Source of the DNA: Cyanidioschyzon merolae | Lineage: Eukaryota | Direction: 5' to 3' (one strand) | Length of the DNA stretch: 64,000 nt | NCBI GenBank assembly: GCA_000091205.1 | Contig: AP006494.2 | Shown: piece by piece, positions 41,683 to 54,209 of the stretch | How positions within the stretch are numbered: position 1 is the first letter of the stretch | How the letters are laid out: each line of letters starts with the position of its first letter | Translations under genes and position numbers: made by a program | Notes under the pieces: generated by a model | Told to the model about the DNA's origin: nothing | Database searches by the model: none | What the model saw: only the letters and a program-made list of their open reading frames with translations

Positions 41683-42882
41683 ATGGACACAACGATGCGC
41701 AGGGTGTGCTCGCGGTGGCAGCTGCTGGAGCACTGGCGGTACCTGCGAGGTCTCGGCGAGCGCGCTGCTGCGCCTCGTGACTGGCAACCGGGCCGAAACC
41801 AGTTCAGGTACCTCATTCGGGGACAGTCGCCTAATCATTTTAGTCCAAATCGGGTATACTGCACAAAACAAGCGGGAAACTCGGAGAATCATCTGCGACG
41901 GATAACCATACGCGACATTCAGAGAATGCATGAGGAGCGCGTCCCTATCTGCATGGTGACGGCATACAGCTATCCACAGGCACTGCATGCGGATCTCGCG
42001 GCGGTGGACATCGTTCTGGTCGGTGACTCTTTAGCCATGGTCGAACTGGGACATGATACGACTCAGTTTGTGACCCTGGACGACATGCTGCACCACTGTC
42101 GAGCGGTTGCGCGAGGATGCCGACGGGCGCTTCTCCTCGCGGATATGCCTTTTGGAACCTGTGAGACGTCCACTGCGGATGCACTCCGCAACGTTACCAG
42201 AATGATTCAAGAAGGACACGCGCACGGGGTAAAAATAGAAGGAGGTAAGCGCATGGCACCCGTCATTGAGGCCTGTGTGCATTCACTAGGTGTTGCGGTA
42301 ATGGGTCACGTTGGGCTGCGGCCGCAGAGCTACAGCGCTCGGGGTGGATTTCGAGCCTTTGGTACGAACGCTAGCGAAGCAGCGGAGCTTCTGGAAGATG
42401 CACTGGCATTGCAGGAAGCAGGCGCTTTTGCCCTGGTGCTGGAGTGCGTGCCTGCGCGTCTCGCGACTGCAGTAACAACGGCGTTGCGTATTCCAACCAT
42501 TGGCATTGGCGCAGGTGGCGGTACCAGTGGCCAAGTTTTGGTGTATCATGATTTATGTGGGATGATGACCCACCCACATCATGCCAAAGTAACGCCCAAG
42601 TTTTGCAAACGCTTCGCGGAAGCTGGTGCGGAGATTCATCGTGGGTTAGTCGACTATCGAACAGCGGTGAAGCAGCGTCGTTTTCCAACTGCTTCGTACG
42701 CGCCTTATCAGCTTCCTGATGCAGAATGGGAGCGTTTCGGACGATTATTTGAGCAACTCACAGGGCAGGGTCTGCAGTCGATAAGTGCGCCGGAAGATGC
42801 ACAGACGGAGCGGCTTGACCCGAAGCATCCGTTAAGCAAAGATACCTCCACAGACGAAACAGAATATCTCTATCGTAGCTGA
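41683..42882 (+). CDS. panB: 3-methyl-2-oxobutanoate hydroxymethyltransferase (ketopantoate hydroxymethyltransferase, PanB) with an about 80-aa N-terminal presequence
   Basis: ICMVTAYSYPQA...VDIVLVGDSLAMVELGHDTTQFVTLDDMLHHCRAVARG...KIEGG...VMGHVGLRPQS...ALALQEAGAFALVLECVP..IPTIGIGAG...GQVLVYHDLCGM matches the PanB family throughout. Confidence 0.85.
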   Translation: MDTTMRRVCSRWQLLEHWRYLRGLGERAAAPRDWQPGRNQFRYLIRGQSPNHFSPNRVYCTKQAGNSENHLRRITIRDIQRMHEERVPICMVTAYSYPQALHADLAAVDIVLVGDSLAMVELGHDTTQFVTLDDMLHHCRAVARGCRRALLLADMPFGTCETSTADALRNVTRMIQEGHAHGVKIEGGKRMAPVIEACVHSLGVAVMGHVGLRPQSYSARGGFRAFGTNASEAAELLEDALALQEAGAFALVLECVPARLATAVTTALRIPTIGIGAGGGTSGQVLVYHDLCGMMTHPHHAKVTPKFCKRFAEAGAEIHRGLVDYRTAVKQRRFPTASYAPYQLPDAEWERFGRLFEQLTGQGLQSISAPEDAQTERLDPKHPLSKDTSTDETEYLYRS

Positions 42883-44116
42883 AAAATGGTTGAAAGCACT
42901 CGAGGCGCCGCCTTCGTCAGTGCAAACGGATCATCTCGATGAGCAGTTGGCGCAAACCATTCCCGCATGGATTGAATTCACGTTTAGGCCTCATCTGGAC
43001 CGGGCTGTAGCGACATGTCCATGGATCCTCGCTATTCCGTCCCAGAGGCTGCAGTATGCGGCCATGGACCGTGTCCTTCCCGAAACGAAGACACGCACTG
43101 TGTGTTTCCCACACGAGCAGAGAAATCCCTGGCGATGGCGGGTCCCGGCTTGGAATCGTACACGAACGTTGACGTGAATGATATCAGTGAAGGAAATCGT
43201 GTGACGTCAGAGGCCATGTGACCGCTGCATCGTTCGTATTTGCCGACGTTCGACGCTTGCTGCGGCTCCGGTCAAGGCATACTGAGAGCAATGAAACCAA
43301 CCGCTATCTCGGCGACGCCCGAGCAACTGCAGCCTGCAGTTCATCCTGGGCGATACCCTAGTCGCGCACCAGGCATCACCGTTTACCTGGTTCCTTCCCG
43401 ACAACAGCTCATGGTGTGCAGCTTCTAGAAATACGGTATTTCGGATGGGCTGCCTCGATAACGTCAAGATGAACAGAATCTGTGTGCTGTAAAGTTCGTA
43501 GATTCACGTCAGTCTTTTGGACGGAACACTATGATGGATATTTCCCTGATGGATGGTTCCTGACTCCCATTCGCAGCTACAGCAGCAGCAGATGCACGGA
43601 GAAGAGTGCTCGCTTGGGGGATACTTTGGATGTTGACAGCCAGCCAGTCAGCGTTCCGTGCCTCTGGACACAACCAAACGCTATGGATATTGTTAACTGT
43701 GACTCTGAGGTACTGCTTGCATGACCAGGTTTCAGGCACGCACGAGGCACCTATTGCATCCTTTCGGTTGCGAGAAGCACGCCGAGAAGAAGCGAACGCT
43801 CTTCGACGACCTGCCGAAGGCCGCTGCCTCATATCCGAAGCTCGCCTCGTCGCTGTGCGCTTGAAAAACGGCGTATGGACTTTTGACGCAGCAGTTTACG
43901 CGGCCGCTCGTTCCGAAACAAAGACTTTTGTTCGTTTGCGTGCTTTATCTGAGGGTAAGCTGGAGCAAGTACAGACGCGAGAGCAACTCCAAGCAGAACG
44001 ACTGTTCAGGGTCGGAAGCCCACAAGTCGGCTAGACGCCGACTCGCCCCAAGTCAGTTGGCGAGTTCGAGGCTCTTGCCCAAAGCACTAGCAGCACGTCG
44101 CCCAATTGTCTAGAGA

Positions 44117-45250
44117 ATGTCTGCACCGACGATGGAACGCGATGTGCCTGACGTGTGCGGAGAGTGCGGAAGTACGGATCTCGTCGAGGACACCAAGAAC
44201 GGGGACCTCGTCTGCGCCCAGTGCGGTGTTGTCGCTGCCGAGCTGCTCATCGACCTGGGCCACGAGTGGCGAACTTTCGAAAACGACGATTCGGCATACG
44301 ATCCGAATCGAGTCGGTGGGAGCATAAATCCCCTGCTAGACAGTGGCCTCGCCACCTCAATCTCACAAGGACCGGCCGGTGCCAATGCCCTGAACGAGCG
44401 TCTAGCTCGAGCGCAGTCACGAAACGTGCTTGATGCGAACGACCGCTATGTCACGGAGTGTTATAACCGAATCTCTTACCTGTGCGAGCGCTCTGGCCTA
44501 CCGCAGCTCGTGAAGGATCGTGCTTGCGAGCTCCTCAGACTCTACTACGATCACCTGACGTTAGGTGCAGACGGGGTGCGAGCTCGTGCTCGTTTTCGTG
44601 AGGACGAAACCGCCTCAATTATCTCTGCAGCACTGTTTATCGCCTGTCGCAATGAAGGCTTTCCACGCACCTTCAATGAAATCTCGGTCATCGTATCTGT
44701 CGCCAAGTCTCGCGTTGCGGCATACGTGAAGGCAATGGAGATGTCGATTGGCGAGGCAGCCAAAATCAGTCGGATTCGCACCACAGACGACTTTGTCTCC
44801 CGTTTCTGCTCCTATTTAGAGATCCCGAACATCGTGCGCTCCCTCGTGAATCAGGTCGCACGGGCAGCAGCTGAAAAAGATGGCATTCATGGTCGAACAC
44901 TGGTATCGATTGCGGCTGGTGCCATCTATTTCGTCCTGTTGTTATGGCGGGAGACGTGCCCACAGAGCATTCCAGCAACGTTGCGAGTGAGCGATGAAGC
45001 GCTCGTGAACCGAATCGCTGAAGTTTCAGGTATAACAGAGGGTGTTGTGAAGACGGTTGCGAGTCGAATTCGGCAGTACCGGGATCGGGGTCTGCTGCCC
45101 CCGGACTGGGTCCGTCGCTTCCCGTCGAGGCTTGAGCCAGAGCTTCCGACGTCTTCGTCTGAGCGACAAGATCCCACGGGGAACGAGCTAATTCATGAAC
45201 AGTCGGCACCAACGGTGTCATCGAAACGTCCACGTCAGGGAAGCCACTGA
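44117..45250 (+). CDS. Transcription initiation factor IIB (TFIIB)
   Basis: Zn-ribbon CGECGSTDLVEDTKNGDLVCAQCGVV..., EWRTFENDDSAYDPNRVGGSINPLLDSGLATSI (B-reader/linker signature), then two cyclin-like repeats, with a C-terminal extension. Confidence 0.8.
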   Translation: MSAPTMERDVPDVCGECGSTDLVEDTKNGDLVCAQCGVVAAELLIDLGHEWRTFENDDSAYDPNRVGGSINPLLDSGLATSISQGPAGANALNERLARAQSRNVLDANDRYVTECYNRISYLCERSGLPQLVKDRACELLRLYYDHLTLGADGVRARARFREDETASIISAALFIACRNEGFPRTFNEISVIVSVAKSRVAAYVKAMEMSIGEAAKISRIRTTDDFVSRFCSYLEIPNIVRSLVNQVARAAAEKDGIHGRTLVSIAAGAIYFVLLLWRETCPQSIPATLRVSDEALVNRIAEVSGITEGVVKTVASRIRQYRDRGLLPPDWVRRFPSRLEPELPTSSSERQDPTGNELIHEQSAPTVSSKRPRQGSH

Positions 45251-47339
45251 TTCTGTGCGGAAACGCACCAGGTCATCGGAGGTCCGTCGAGCATCTCACG
45301 ATCGACTGCGTTGCTTCGTGGTACTGGATGCAACCCCGATTCAGCGCGAAGCGTGCTTTTCTGCGAGTCTATGGCACTATGAACTGGTCTTTGTTCGCGC
45401 CTGACTCGAATGGTTTTATGTGCCGAGCGTTGCGTGATTCGAAGGAATCCACGGATGCGGAGACTGTCTGCTTGGACCCGGTGATCGAGGCGGATCAGCC
45501 TCGCACGCTCGGAACAAAACCTATGCAGCTGCAAAAGGTCGCGATTCCGTTTCCAAACCTATTTGGGACCAGTGAATCTTTTGGGAACAGGAACTTGGAG
45601 CCAAACCGCTCCGACCACGAAGCAATTGGTCCGCATGTATCCGTATGGAATACAACGGAAACATTGATTCGAAATTCACGTGGATTTTCCTCGCGCGGCT
45701 ACGGCGGCGAGCACAAGGTACCAGCGCTGGCGATGACACAATCGAGTTTTGAATCGAGATCTGCCTCGATCATATAGAGCGTATGTTCCTGGGACTAGAA
45801 CTACAGCTTGAGACCAAGCGGGGCTTTTTTCTGCGTTGCTGATGCGCCCTTCAACGTTTGTTTTCGATTGACAAGAGCGGTGGTGGAGGGATTGATGCAG
45901 GGCAGCCTCGGGCACGACCATGAAGCTCAGATTTTGCAACCGCCAAAATATGCGATGGTTTCCCTCTCTATGCATTGAGGTCGTCTGCAACGCCGCTTAG
46001 TACCTGATGCTATGGAGGATGTGGATAATGAAGCGATGATCAGTAGCAGCTACTGCTTTGGAATCATTTCCCTGAGTGGGCGAAACAATGTAGCTGCTTT
46101 GAACATCAAGCAGCAGATATAGAGAGCATTTTTTGTTCTCTGCAACTATACGTCCTAAACGACGTGCATACCGAATGCGCACAACGATGTCTTGCCAAGC
46201 GAGGTAAGCTTTGCTGCGTGCATCTCGAAAGACGATCTGACATTGCTCCGTCCGGAAAGTTCACCGGAGCGTTCGCGCGAGTCGCTCCCGTCCTCCAGCA
46301 TGCTATTGTGCGCATCCAACTCTCGCAATAAAAACGATCCAACACAAACTGCTGAATAAGCAGGCATCCGTTTTCATCCTGAGCATGGCCGAGAAACAAC
46401 ACGGATCTGTAGTCACGCCGCGGAGGCCGAGCATGCCACGAGTTCGTCTCCAGCGAGGAGCAAACACACAATGCTCGGCGATATCAACGCTTCGCATGTG
46501 ACAATTCCTTCAAACAAAATTGCCATATAACAGCACCATCCCCTGTAGAGCAGACCGCTGTACTCCGTATTTCGCCACGTCAGCCGACAAAGCTGTCTAC
46601 CCCAAAGAGCAGGGCAAGAGTTCCGTACTGGTGCGAGCCATATGTTCCGACACACAGAGCCGACCTTGGTCAGGGGAGCGCAGCGTCCGAACACGTACGT
46701 TATCTGGTCCAGTTTTGAACAAGCTGGGAAGCGAGGTTCTTGGCTGCTCAGGAGCAACTATGTCGCTCTGACTTGTTTACACCCAGAGACGCGTTCGCCC
46801 CTATGACGGGCAGCCTAGGTGGCGTCAACACTCATGAGCGTCCCGACGTCAAGGCAGACGAGGCCAGCAACCGCAACACGACCCCGACTCGAAGTCTGCA
46901 AAAGATCTTGGATTGTATCCCCGGATGATATACCCCCGAAGCTCGTTTTCTGGTCACTAGCATGTCCGGCAATACCCGGAGCTGTGAGTCCCGAACAAGT
47001 GCACCAACACGCCTTTTTTGCTTTCCGTATATTTCTCTCGTCAGTACTCGATAACAGGAATGTTTTCTGTAGACTGGAGAAAGCTTGGGGAAAGGCTTTG
47101 TGCCGGCACTTGTATCTGGCGAAATGAACTATCTTCCAAGTACAGCGCAATCTCATTCGACAGTGAGCGAGCGGGGATGAACTAGCGTTCTCCCAGTCCG
47201 TCTGACGACCGTCGTGCACTAAGAACTGAACTTCATCAAACGCCATCCGCTCAACCGTCTGCTTGTCAATGCATTGCACTGCATATTATCTCGAAGAAAT
47301 GCTGTCGTGGGATGCATAGGATGAAAAGTCTTCGTACTG

Positions 47340-47934
47340 TTGATATCAGCGGCAGTGAAGCGAGACGCACGGACAAAGAAACCGGTATGCACGTATGGAG
47401 AACCGACTCGGATTGAACTCCTTACAATCGATTTCGTACAGAAACGCGAACGCCTACTTCAAAAGCGACGGGTGTTCTTCGCACTCGATGAGACCGAATT
47501 CGGGCGGCATGGTCGACCTGAATACTGGTCATCAAGAGTAGGCAAGATTCTGTCTAGAAAGAAGAGAAACATGCCCGAATCACGAGTACATCAGCGCTGG
47601 CGGCGACGCAATCTCGTGGTCGCCCAAACATCGCCAAAACAGTACGGGATCCTTCAACAACCCATGCTTCATCAAACCACTTCAAGTGACCTCCTTCTCC
47701 TACTCCTGTCTCCTGCTCTTACATAACATCACTTTCCATCGCTCGACAGAGGTCAAGGAGCACGAAGCTGCGACTGAAGCTGAGCAGCTCTTCGGACGAA
47801 CCCATTCTGCCATGTTCATTCCAGTCTCAGGCGTCTTCTCTGTTGTCAAACACCATGTTTACGCTCACAAATCCATAGACGAGTCATTCGCATCCGTGCC
47901 ACCGAAACATGCGAAACACCATGAGGGATCATGA
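47340..47934 (+). mobile_element. Third Tc1/mariner-type transposase remnant (frameshifted/deleted)
   Basis: RVFFALDETEFGRHGRPEYWSSRVGK (first-D block, similar to LFFSVDETCFGRN at 36.7 kb). A downstream ORF reads MFIPVSGVFSVVK (compared with FFIPPHTPWLNRIGGMFSIVIRN), apparently with an internal deletion. Confidence 0.35.
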
Positions 47935-50210
47935 AGCTTCTCTCTGGAAACAAAAGTCTCGACCAGCCTCTCCCGCGATGTCGCACCTCGTCCAGCAACT
48001 GTTCGTAAGACGTCCATAGGAACGCTGTCAGCTGTCAAGATTTTTCATGAATTTTTATCAAGCAAACGGTCATACGATAACACAGCCGATGCTCGGGACA
48101 GAAGATGCGATACGACCGGATTACTGGATCCGAGACTTGCACATACGCTTCCCAGCGTATTTTGACACGTCGCCTCGCCACTTCAGCGATCGGATGATAT
48201 CCAGCACAGGTGCCAGAACGCATGAAACGAACCGCAGAACCCGAGTTCCTGTGCAGGTCAATGTCGAACACGTCAATGAATGCACGCTGTTGGCGTTGCG
48301 CCCTAATCTCACTGGCCCAGAAAAGTGCGGTCCGCTCGTGGTGATTCTCGGGGCGTCCATGGAGGTAAACGACGACGACCTGTCTGCAGAAGACATCGAG
48401 GCGGCAGCGAGTTCGGAGGCGCGTTAGCCGCCACGAAAGCAGGACGGCACTTCAGATCATCCGAGCACAGGGTGTTGCCGGCAACCGAGGAACTCTGAGC
48501 ACTGCATCCAGAGGATGGTGGAAATCTGATGCCTGCCTTGCTTGCATGTTGTATCCATGCGGTTACCCAGAACAGTGCCTTCCAGGGCAAAGCAGACACC
48601 CTCGTTGAATCTGAGCGCCGCGAGCCTCGTCAGCGGCCTAGGCAATGTGATCTCCATATCATGCCTCAAGGCCTGGTTTATCACGATAGACACGTCTGTA
48701 CTGCACTGAACCGCTTCCTAAATGATACACGGCTGGTCTCTGCGAGCAATTGTGGACCATTCGAAGAACTCTGCACAGAGCATTGGCGGCGCTTTTTCAA
48801 GCTTTCTCGCTTCCAGAGGAAAATTGAAAGCAGGTTAGAGCATTCATGGAGACGGGCGCTATATCCATCGGCATACACCTCGTGAAACCTCGCTCTGAGT
48901 CGAGCAATGAGACTCATTGTGAACCGTGCAAGGTAGATGACGAAAAGGACAGCGTGGCGGTCCGTCGATCCTGGGCTGAAGAATATCGCGACCGTCGCCG
49001 TGCCCCGAGAGCAAGTGGACTCTATCAAAAGGCCTGAACCGAACGCGGATGAAGATGTTCAGCTTTTCCCAGCGCTCGAGTATCATGGATAGACGAGCGT
49101 GATAAACGCCCGGAGGCATGCTAGCAACGAAAATTCTGGTGTCATGACCCATTTCGACGCTCTGAGAAACGTATCGACCAGAGGGAATGCAATGTACGCT
49201 TCATTCCGAGCGCACATGTGCGTCCAAATGGCTCATGCAGACGATCCTTGGCACAAGTACATGAGACAGCGCTGGCGCTGCCGATGCTTTCCACTGCACC
49301 GAAGCAAGAAGCATGCTTTCGCCATCTTCAATGCGTTTTGGAAAGAAATGACTGACAAGCGGCGTTATTTGGCGGCGGTCCGTGGTGCTGACCGATATTT
49401 AGGGCGCCGAGGCCGCATTTCTGCTTCCTAGACGAGAGCGTGGAACGACTGCGGGAATCGATTCTGCCAGATTCCTATCGATGCGTTCAGCACGACATGA
49501 ACGCAACACCAGCACGGGTGCACACTGAAACTGGTAGAGGAGAAGCCGGTGAAACCGACCTGCATGCACAAGATGGTGTACAAGAAGCTGAATGAACGTA
49601 CGATCGCGAGGCAATGAAACCTGGGATTCTCCGCACGGTGCGATGCCACCTGCAATACCGCGAGCAAGCACTTCCTACAAAAGAGACCTGAACACCTTGA
49701 CGAATATTTGGAAGTAGCTCGTACTTCAGAAGCATCCAGTGGTTTTCTACCGAGCGAAATTTCGAAGGAATGTCTTGTACTAAGTGTGAGCACTGTGGTG
49801 AAATGCTGAAGACTTTCGCTGAAAGAAACGCCGTGGCCTGGAGACGTGGGATCGGATTCTCGACTCGAGCAAGGAACTCATATGGTGCAGTGCAGCAACC
49901 ATGAAAAGCTGGATTGCCGTGAATATCCCCCGGGAACGTTTCTTCTGCGCAATACGTGGACAATCACTATGTTCGATTATTCCATCATTCCGAGTATGCA
50001 TTGGAAGCGTTTCTGACAAGTAGAGGCGGCGCTGCAGCGCAGCAGATCGCTGCATGTGTTGCGCTCAGTGCAATGCGATGCTACAACACCGCAGCGTATC
50101 CGGCACCCGTGAAACGCGGTGGTGCATAGACGGGATCACTTGCTTAAATTCACTCACGAACGAAAGCAAAGTCTTTTTTGTTTGTAGAGAAGGCTTCCCT
50201 GCACATAACG

Positions 50211-51434
50211 ATGCCGGGCTCCGATTCAGTGTCAGCCACTTTGTACGGCTTGGGCGGCAGCTCGACGATCCAGCTGTCGAAAGGTCACCCGAACCCGCGC
50301 CTTTTGCCACTGAGCGCTGTATACGAGGCGTTTGGTCAGTCTCGCGTACGGCCAGACGCTGAAGTGAGCCATCTTCAGTACGGTGCCCCGCAGGGTCCGC
50401 TCGCACTGCGTGAGCAGATCGCTCTCCTGCTGCACAGCGAGACAGGCTCGAGCACCGCTACCCCGGAGAACCTGATGATCACCAACGGCAGCGGACAGGC
50501 TCTCGATATGGTCTGCTCCGTGCTTTTATCACCGGGAGATTTGGTCGTTGTCGAAGACCCGTCCTACTTTTTGGCGTTCTATACGTTCCGGGACTACCGT
50601 CTGAACGTTGTCGGCATTCCGGTGGATGCATTCGGCATGCAAGTCGCTTTACTGGAGCAGCGACTGTCGGAAGATCCCACGTTTCGACCAGCGCTCGTAT
50701 ACACGATACCTATCTGTCAGAATCCCACCGGCATGACCATGTCCAGAGACCGAATGCGGCGCCTGGTGGAGCTCTCGCGTCAGTATTGCTTCAAGATCGC
50801 TAGCGATGAAGTGTATCTGCTCCTCAGCTTTAATAGCGACGAACAGCCGCTATCTCTGCGCGCTTTTGACGATGCAAACCAACCCACTGTGATCGCCATG
50901 AACTCGTTCAGCAAAATACTGGGACCTGGCGTGCGCCTTGGATGGATCGACGCTCATCCACGGTATATAGAGCGGTTTCTGCAAACCGGTCTGTTGCTGA
51001 GCGGTGGTGGACTCAACCCCTTCATGTCTGCGATCGCCACGGAGTTGTTACGATCGGGGTTCCAACGAGAGCACATCCATCGTCTGCGAGCAGCTTATGC
51101 TGCAGCGTGCAAACAGCTCTGCGACAGTCTTGATGATCATCTGGCAAAGCATCCGAAGTTGAGAATCAAGTACCAGCGACCCAGGGGTGGTTTCTTTGTC
51201 TGGATAGAGCTGCCATCCGAAATTGACGCAGCTGCGTTCCTCGAGTATTGTGTTCATGAGCACGGCGTGAGTTTCTTTGAGGGCATACGTTTCACCACGG
51301 ACACGAGCCATCATCGCAGTGCCTTACGCCTGAGCTTCTCCTGGCTGGAGCCACATGAGTTGGCCGAGGGTGCAAAACGCCTCGTAGAGGCACTCGCTGC
51401 GTATTCGCAAAGACGCCACGGTCCAGCGATCTGA
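50211..51434 (+). CDS. Class I/II PLP-dependent aminotransferase, ARO8/2-aminoadipate (kynurenine) aminotransferase-like
   Basis: IQLSKGHPNPRLLP (compared with ISLAGGLPNP..FP), MITNGSGQALDMV, YTIPICQNPTGMTMS, and the PLP-lysine block MNSFSKILGPGVRLGWI. First ATG is at 50211 (the track start is TTG). Confidence 0.75.
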   Translation: MPGSDSVSATLYGLGGSSTIQLSKGHPNPRLLPLSAVYEAFGQSRVRPDAEVSHLQYGAPQGPLALREQIALLLHSETGSSTATPENLMITNGSGQALDMVCSVLLSPGDLVVVEDPSYFLAFYTFRDYRLNVVGIPVDAFGMQVALLEQRLSEDPTFRPALVYTIPICQNPTGMTMSRDRMRRLVELSRQYCFKIASDEVYLLLSFNSDEQPLSLRAFDDANQPTVIAMNSFSKILGPGVRLGWIDAHPRYIERFLQTGLLLSGGGLNPFMSAIATELLRSGFQREHIHRLRAAYAAACKQLCDSLDDHLAKHPKLRIKYQRPRGGFFVWIELPSEIDAAAFLEYCVHEHGVSFFEGIRFTTDTSHHRSALRLSFSWLEPHELAEGAKRLVEALAAYSQRRHGPAI

Positions 51435-54209
51435 ACAGTAATGCGTCAAGCAACAGAGTCGTTGGCATGTGCGGCGCCAGGGCAACTTTTCAGGAAGACT
51501 GGAGTTTGCTCGAGGCGTCTGATGCTTTGGTCATGGGTCATCGGCATGGATGTAGGGGACTTGCGGAGTTGATGTATGCTCCAGTATGTCACAGAGATAT
51601 CGTGCCTGAGCTGCTGTATCGAGGCGTTTTGTTTGGGGGCCTGGCGGACGCCATCACCGAATCTCGTCGATCAGGCGCTGCTCTGACGGGGAGTCCTTGA
51701 GCAAAAGACGCTGGGGTTCCCCGCAAAGCCCCGATCCAAATCCATGTGGTTCCGCTTGGATTGGCGCACGGACTGGAGCTTCACGCTTGCATCGGAAAAG
51801 GACACTAGCTGAGGTATCGGATACACTGGCCTTGGTTCCGGCTGATGACCAATATGTGAATGCGTTTGATGGATCCAGTCGTTGCTGTGCGTGATCGTCG
51901 CACCGGACTGGGTGCTGGACGGCTCAAATTTGGAACAGTGGACGCGGTAACGCCGAGCGCCCTCAGTGGCGGCTTGTACCAGGTGCATCGTACGCAAAAG
52001 AACGGTCACAGTCGCACATGGGTACATTGCCGACGGCAGCGTCGTGAGATGGACACTGGGTCGGACGCTGCACCGACAACCGAGCGTCGAGTGCTTGCGA
52101 CTAGCGTCGCGAACAAGCCACTAGGGCCGAACCATAGACGAATGAAAGTACAGCACTTGTCCCGCAAGCGACGCATCTTGTTCGGAGTGTAGAAATGCTG
52201 GACCAAGGAGGACTGGCAGGACTGAACGGGTATCCGTTCTGGGCCATAGATATCGCGCCGTCGCGCACTAGCTTGGATGCGGGGAACAATAAAGATGTCG
52301 TTGTTCTAATACTCTACGCATTGAGCGGGACTTGAGTGCATGTGCGGATTTGATTTTTTGCCATAGTATCAAATTGCATACAATGGTACTCTCGGAGGCA
52401 ACACCAAGTCGTCAGACAATCGCGTCCGATGCAAGAAACACATGAGCTTGTTTGCATCCGCGTTCAGGATTGAGCAAGAATCCTTCGGAAATGCCAGCGA
52501 TGCGGTGTTTTCTCTGCCGGTTCTTGCCCATGCGTCGGAGAGCAAAGCATGCGTCGTATCCGTCAATGCCGATGGGTATCCTCACTGAAGCTCGGTTCTG
52601 ACCAAGCGCACACCTTGAGCATTCGTCCGCGTGCATCGAAGAGACCTCATCCCTGACATGGTTCTACGATACTCGTTTCTATGCCCGTGTGTGGGCTCGT
52701 TCACGTTACGGTATACTTGATATGCACAACGCGCAATCGTAACGCGAGTTGCATCCTCAGACCAGCACAGAGACCATGCGTTTTCTCCAGTTTGCGTTTT
52801 TCTGCGAAGAATGCAGACAGAGCGTAGGCTTAGCTTCCCGCAATCGAACGTACCGTGTCAGACGCAGCCATTATGGGTATATATCCGAGTACCTGCGAGC
52901 TGGCACACATCCCATCCCGCATTCCAGAGCACGTGGTCAACGCTGTGGCGGGCGTTTTTTTTTCAAACGCTAATCTCGCAATGGAGCCTTGCTGAAGCGT
53001 CGCCCTGGACGCACCGCACCCCAGGGGTTGCGTGATGTCGCCATAGGGCCTGCGAATGGACCATGAACTCCGTGGAAGGGGTGGGCGTTGTTGGTTTGCT
53101 CGGAACTGAACGTGATCATGCAATACGACGGATGCTCGCTTCAGTGCCGATCTGCATCACGCAACCGGGTATCGCTGGTCAGTGCTGATGATCCGTCGAT
53201 CGGAAAAACGGCTGGATAACTTTTTGCACACGCACCTGCGCTTTAGCACCGCGCTGCGACTGACGTGAACCAGGTCGTTATATACGCTGGCTACAGAGTG
53301 TACGTTTCTGCGCGTTTGCCCGGCACCATGACTTGCCGGGAAAATCCTCAACTGCTCTCGAGGACGCATCGCATGCGCCCTTACGGTTTCGCACTCACTT
53401 CGACATGCCGCGCAGAACTGCATCTTCTGGAGCAAGTCAAGCTCGAGTAGATACCTCACATGCGCATTCGTATCATCGGGAAAGCGCGATGCTCGCACCG
53501 CCTCCCTGACTAGCGAAGGCGCACGAGCACCGACTCCCTGCGACATCGTCCGCCGTACCACAGACGTGATGCGAACGATGAAGCGAAGCATATATCCAGC
53601 AGTCAGCTATTGCTCGAGCCGACGCCCTCCGCTGTATCGCAAAGCTCATGCGTCTCGGAACTGCGTCAGCACCAACGCAACAGGTGCTATCGCAGACGCT
53701 CACAGCAGGTACAGTGCACGACAGAGCACGGGCAATGGCCTGTATCTCCGATGGAAAATATGGATAGTGGAACTTGGACGTAACGCCTGCAACGATGGAC
53801 GCTTTCCCGAATGCCGATATCCATCGCACAAAAAACAAGAGTATGCCTATCAGGCGAAACGTTCTGTCAAGCGAAAAAAGAAACAGCCAGCTGTGGCGCG
53901 CAATCTCGCGACCTGCGTGCGCGTGCGCGACTCCGAGATGTGCACGGGAGGGTGCAGTGTATGCTTCAGCGCACCCGCCTCCGGTCAACGTTTCCGGGCG
54001 ACGCACTGGATGAGCTGCTTCACTACGAATCGGCAGCTCTCAAGCTGAACGGAATAGCACACCGTCGATACAGCAGCGCGTGCTGGTCAAGCGACGTATA
54101 CGGCTGCCTGAGAGCGGTGCTTGGAGTTTTGCACGCCTGCATCCTCCTCTAGCACAATAGACTTGAACCTTGAGCGTATCCAGCACCAGTCCGGCACTAG
54201 ACACGGCCG

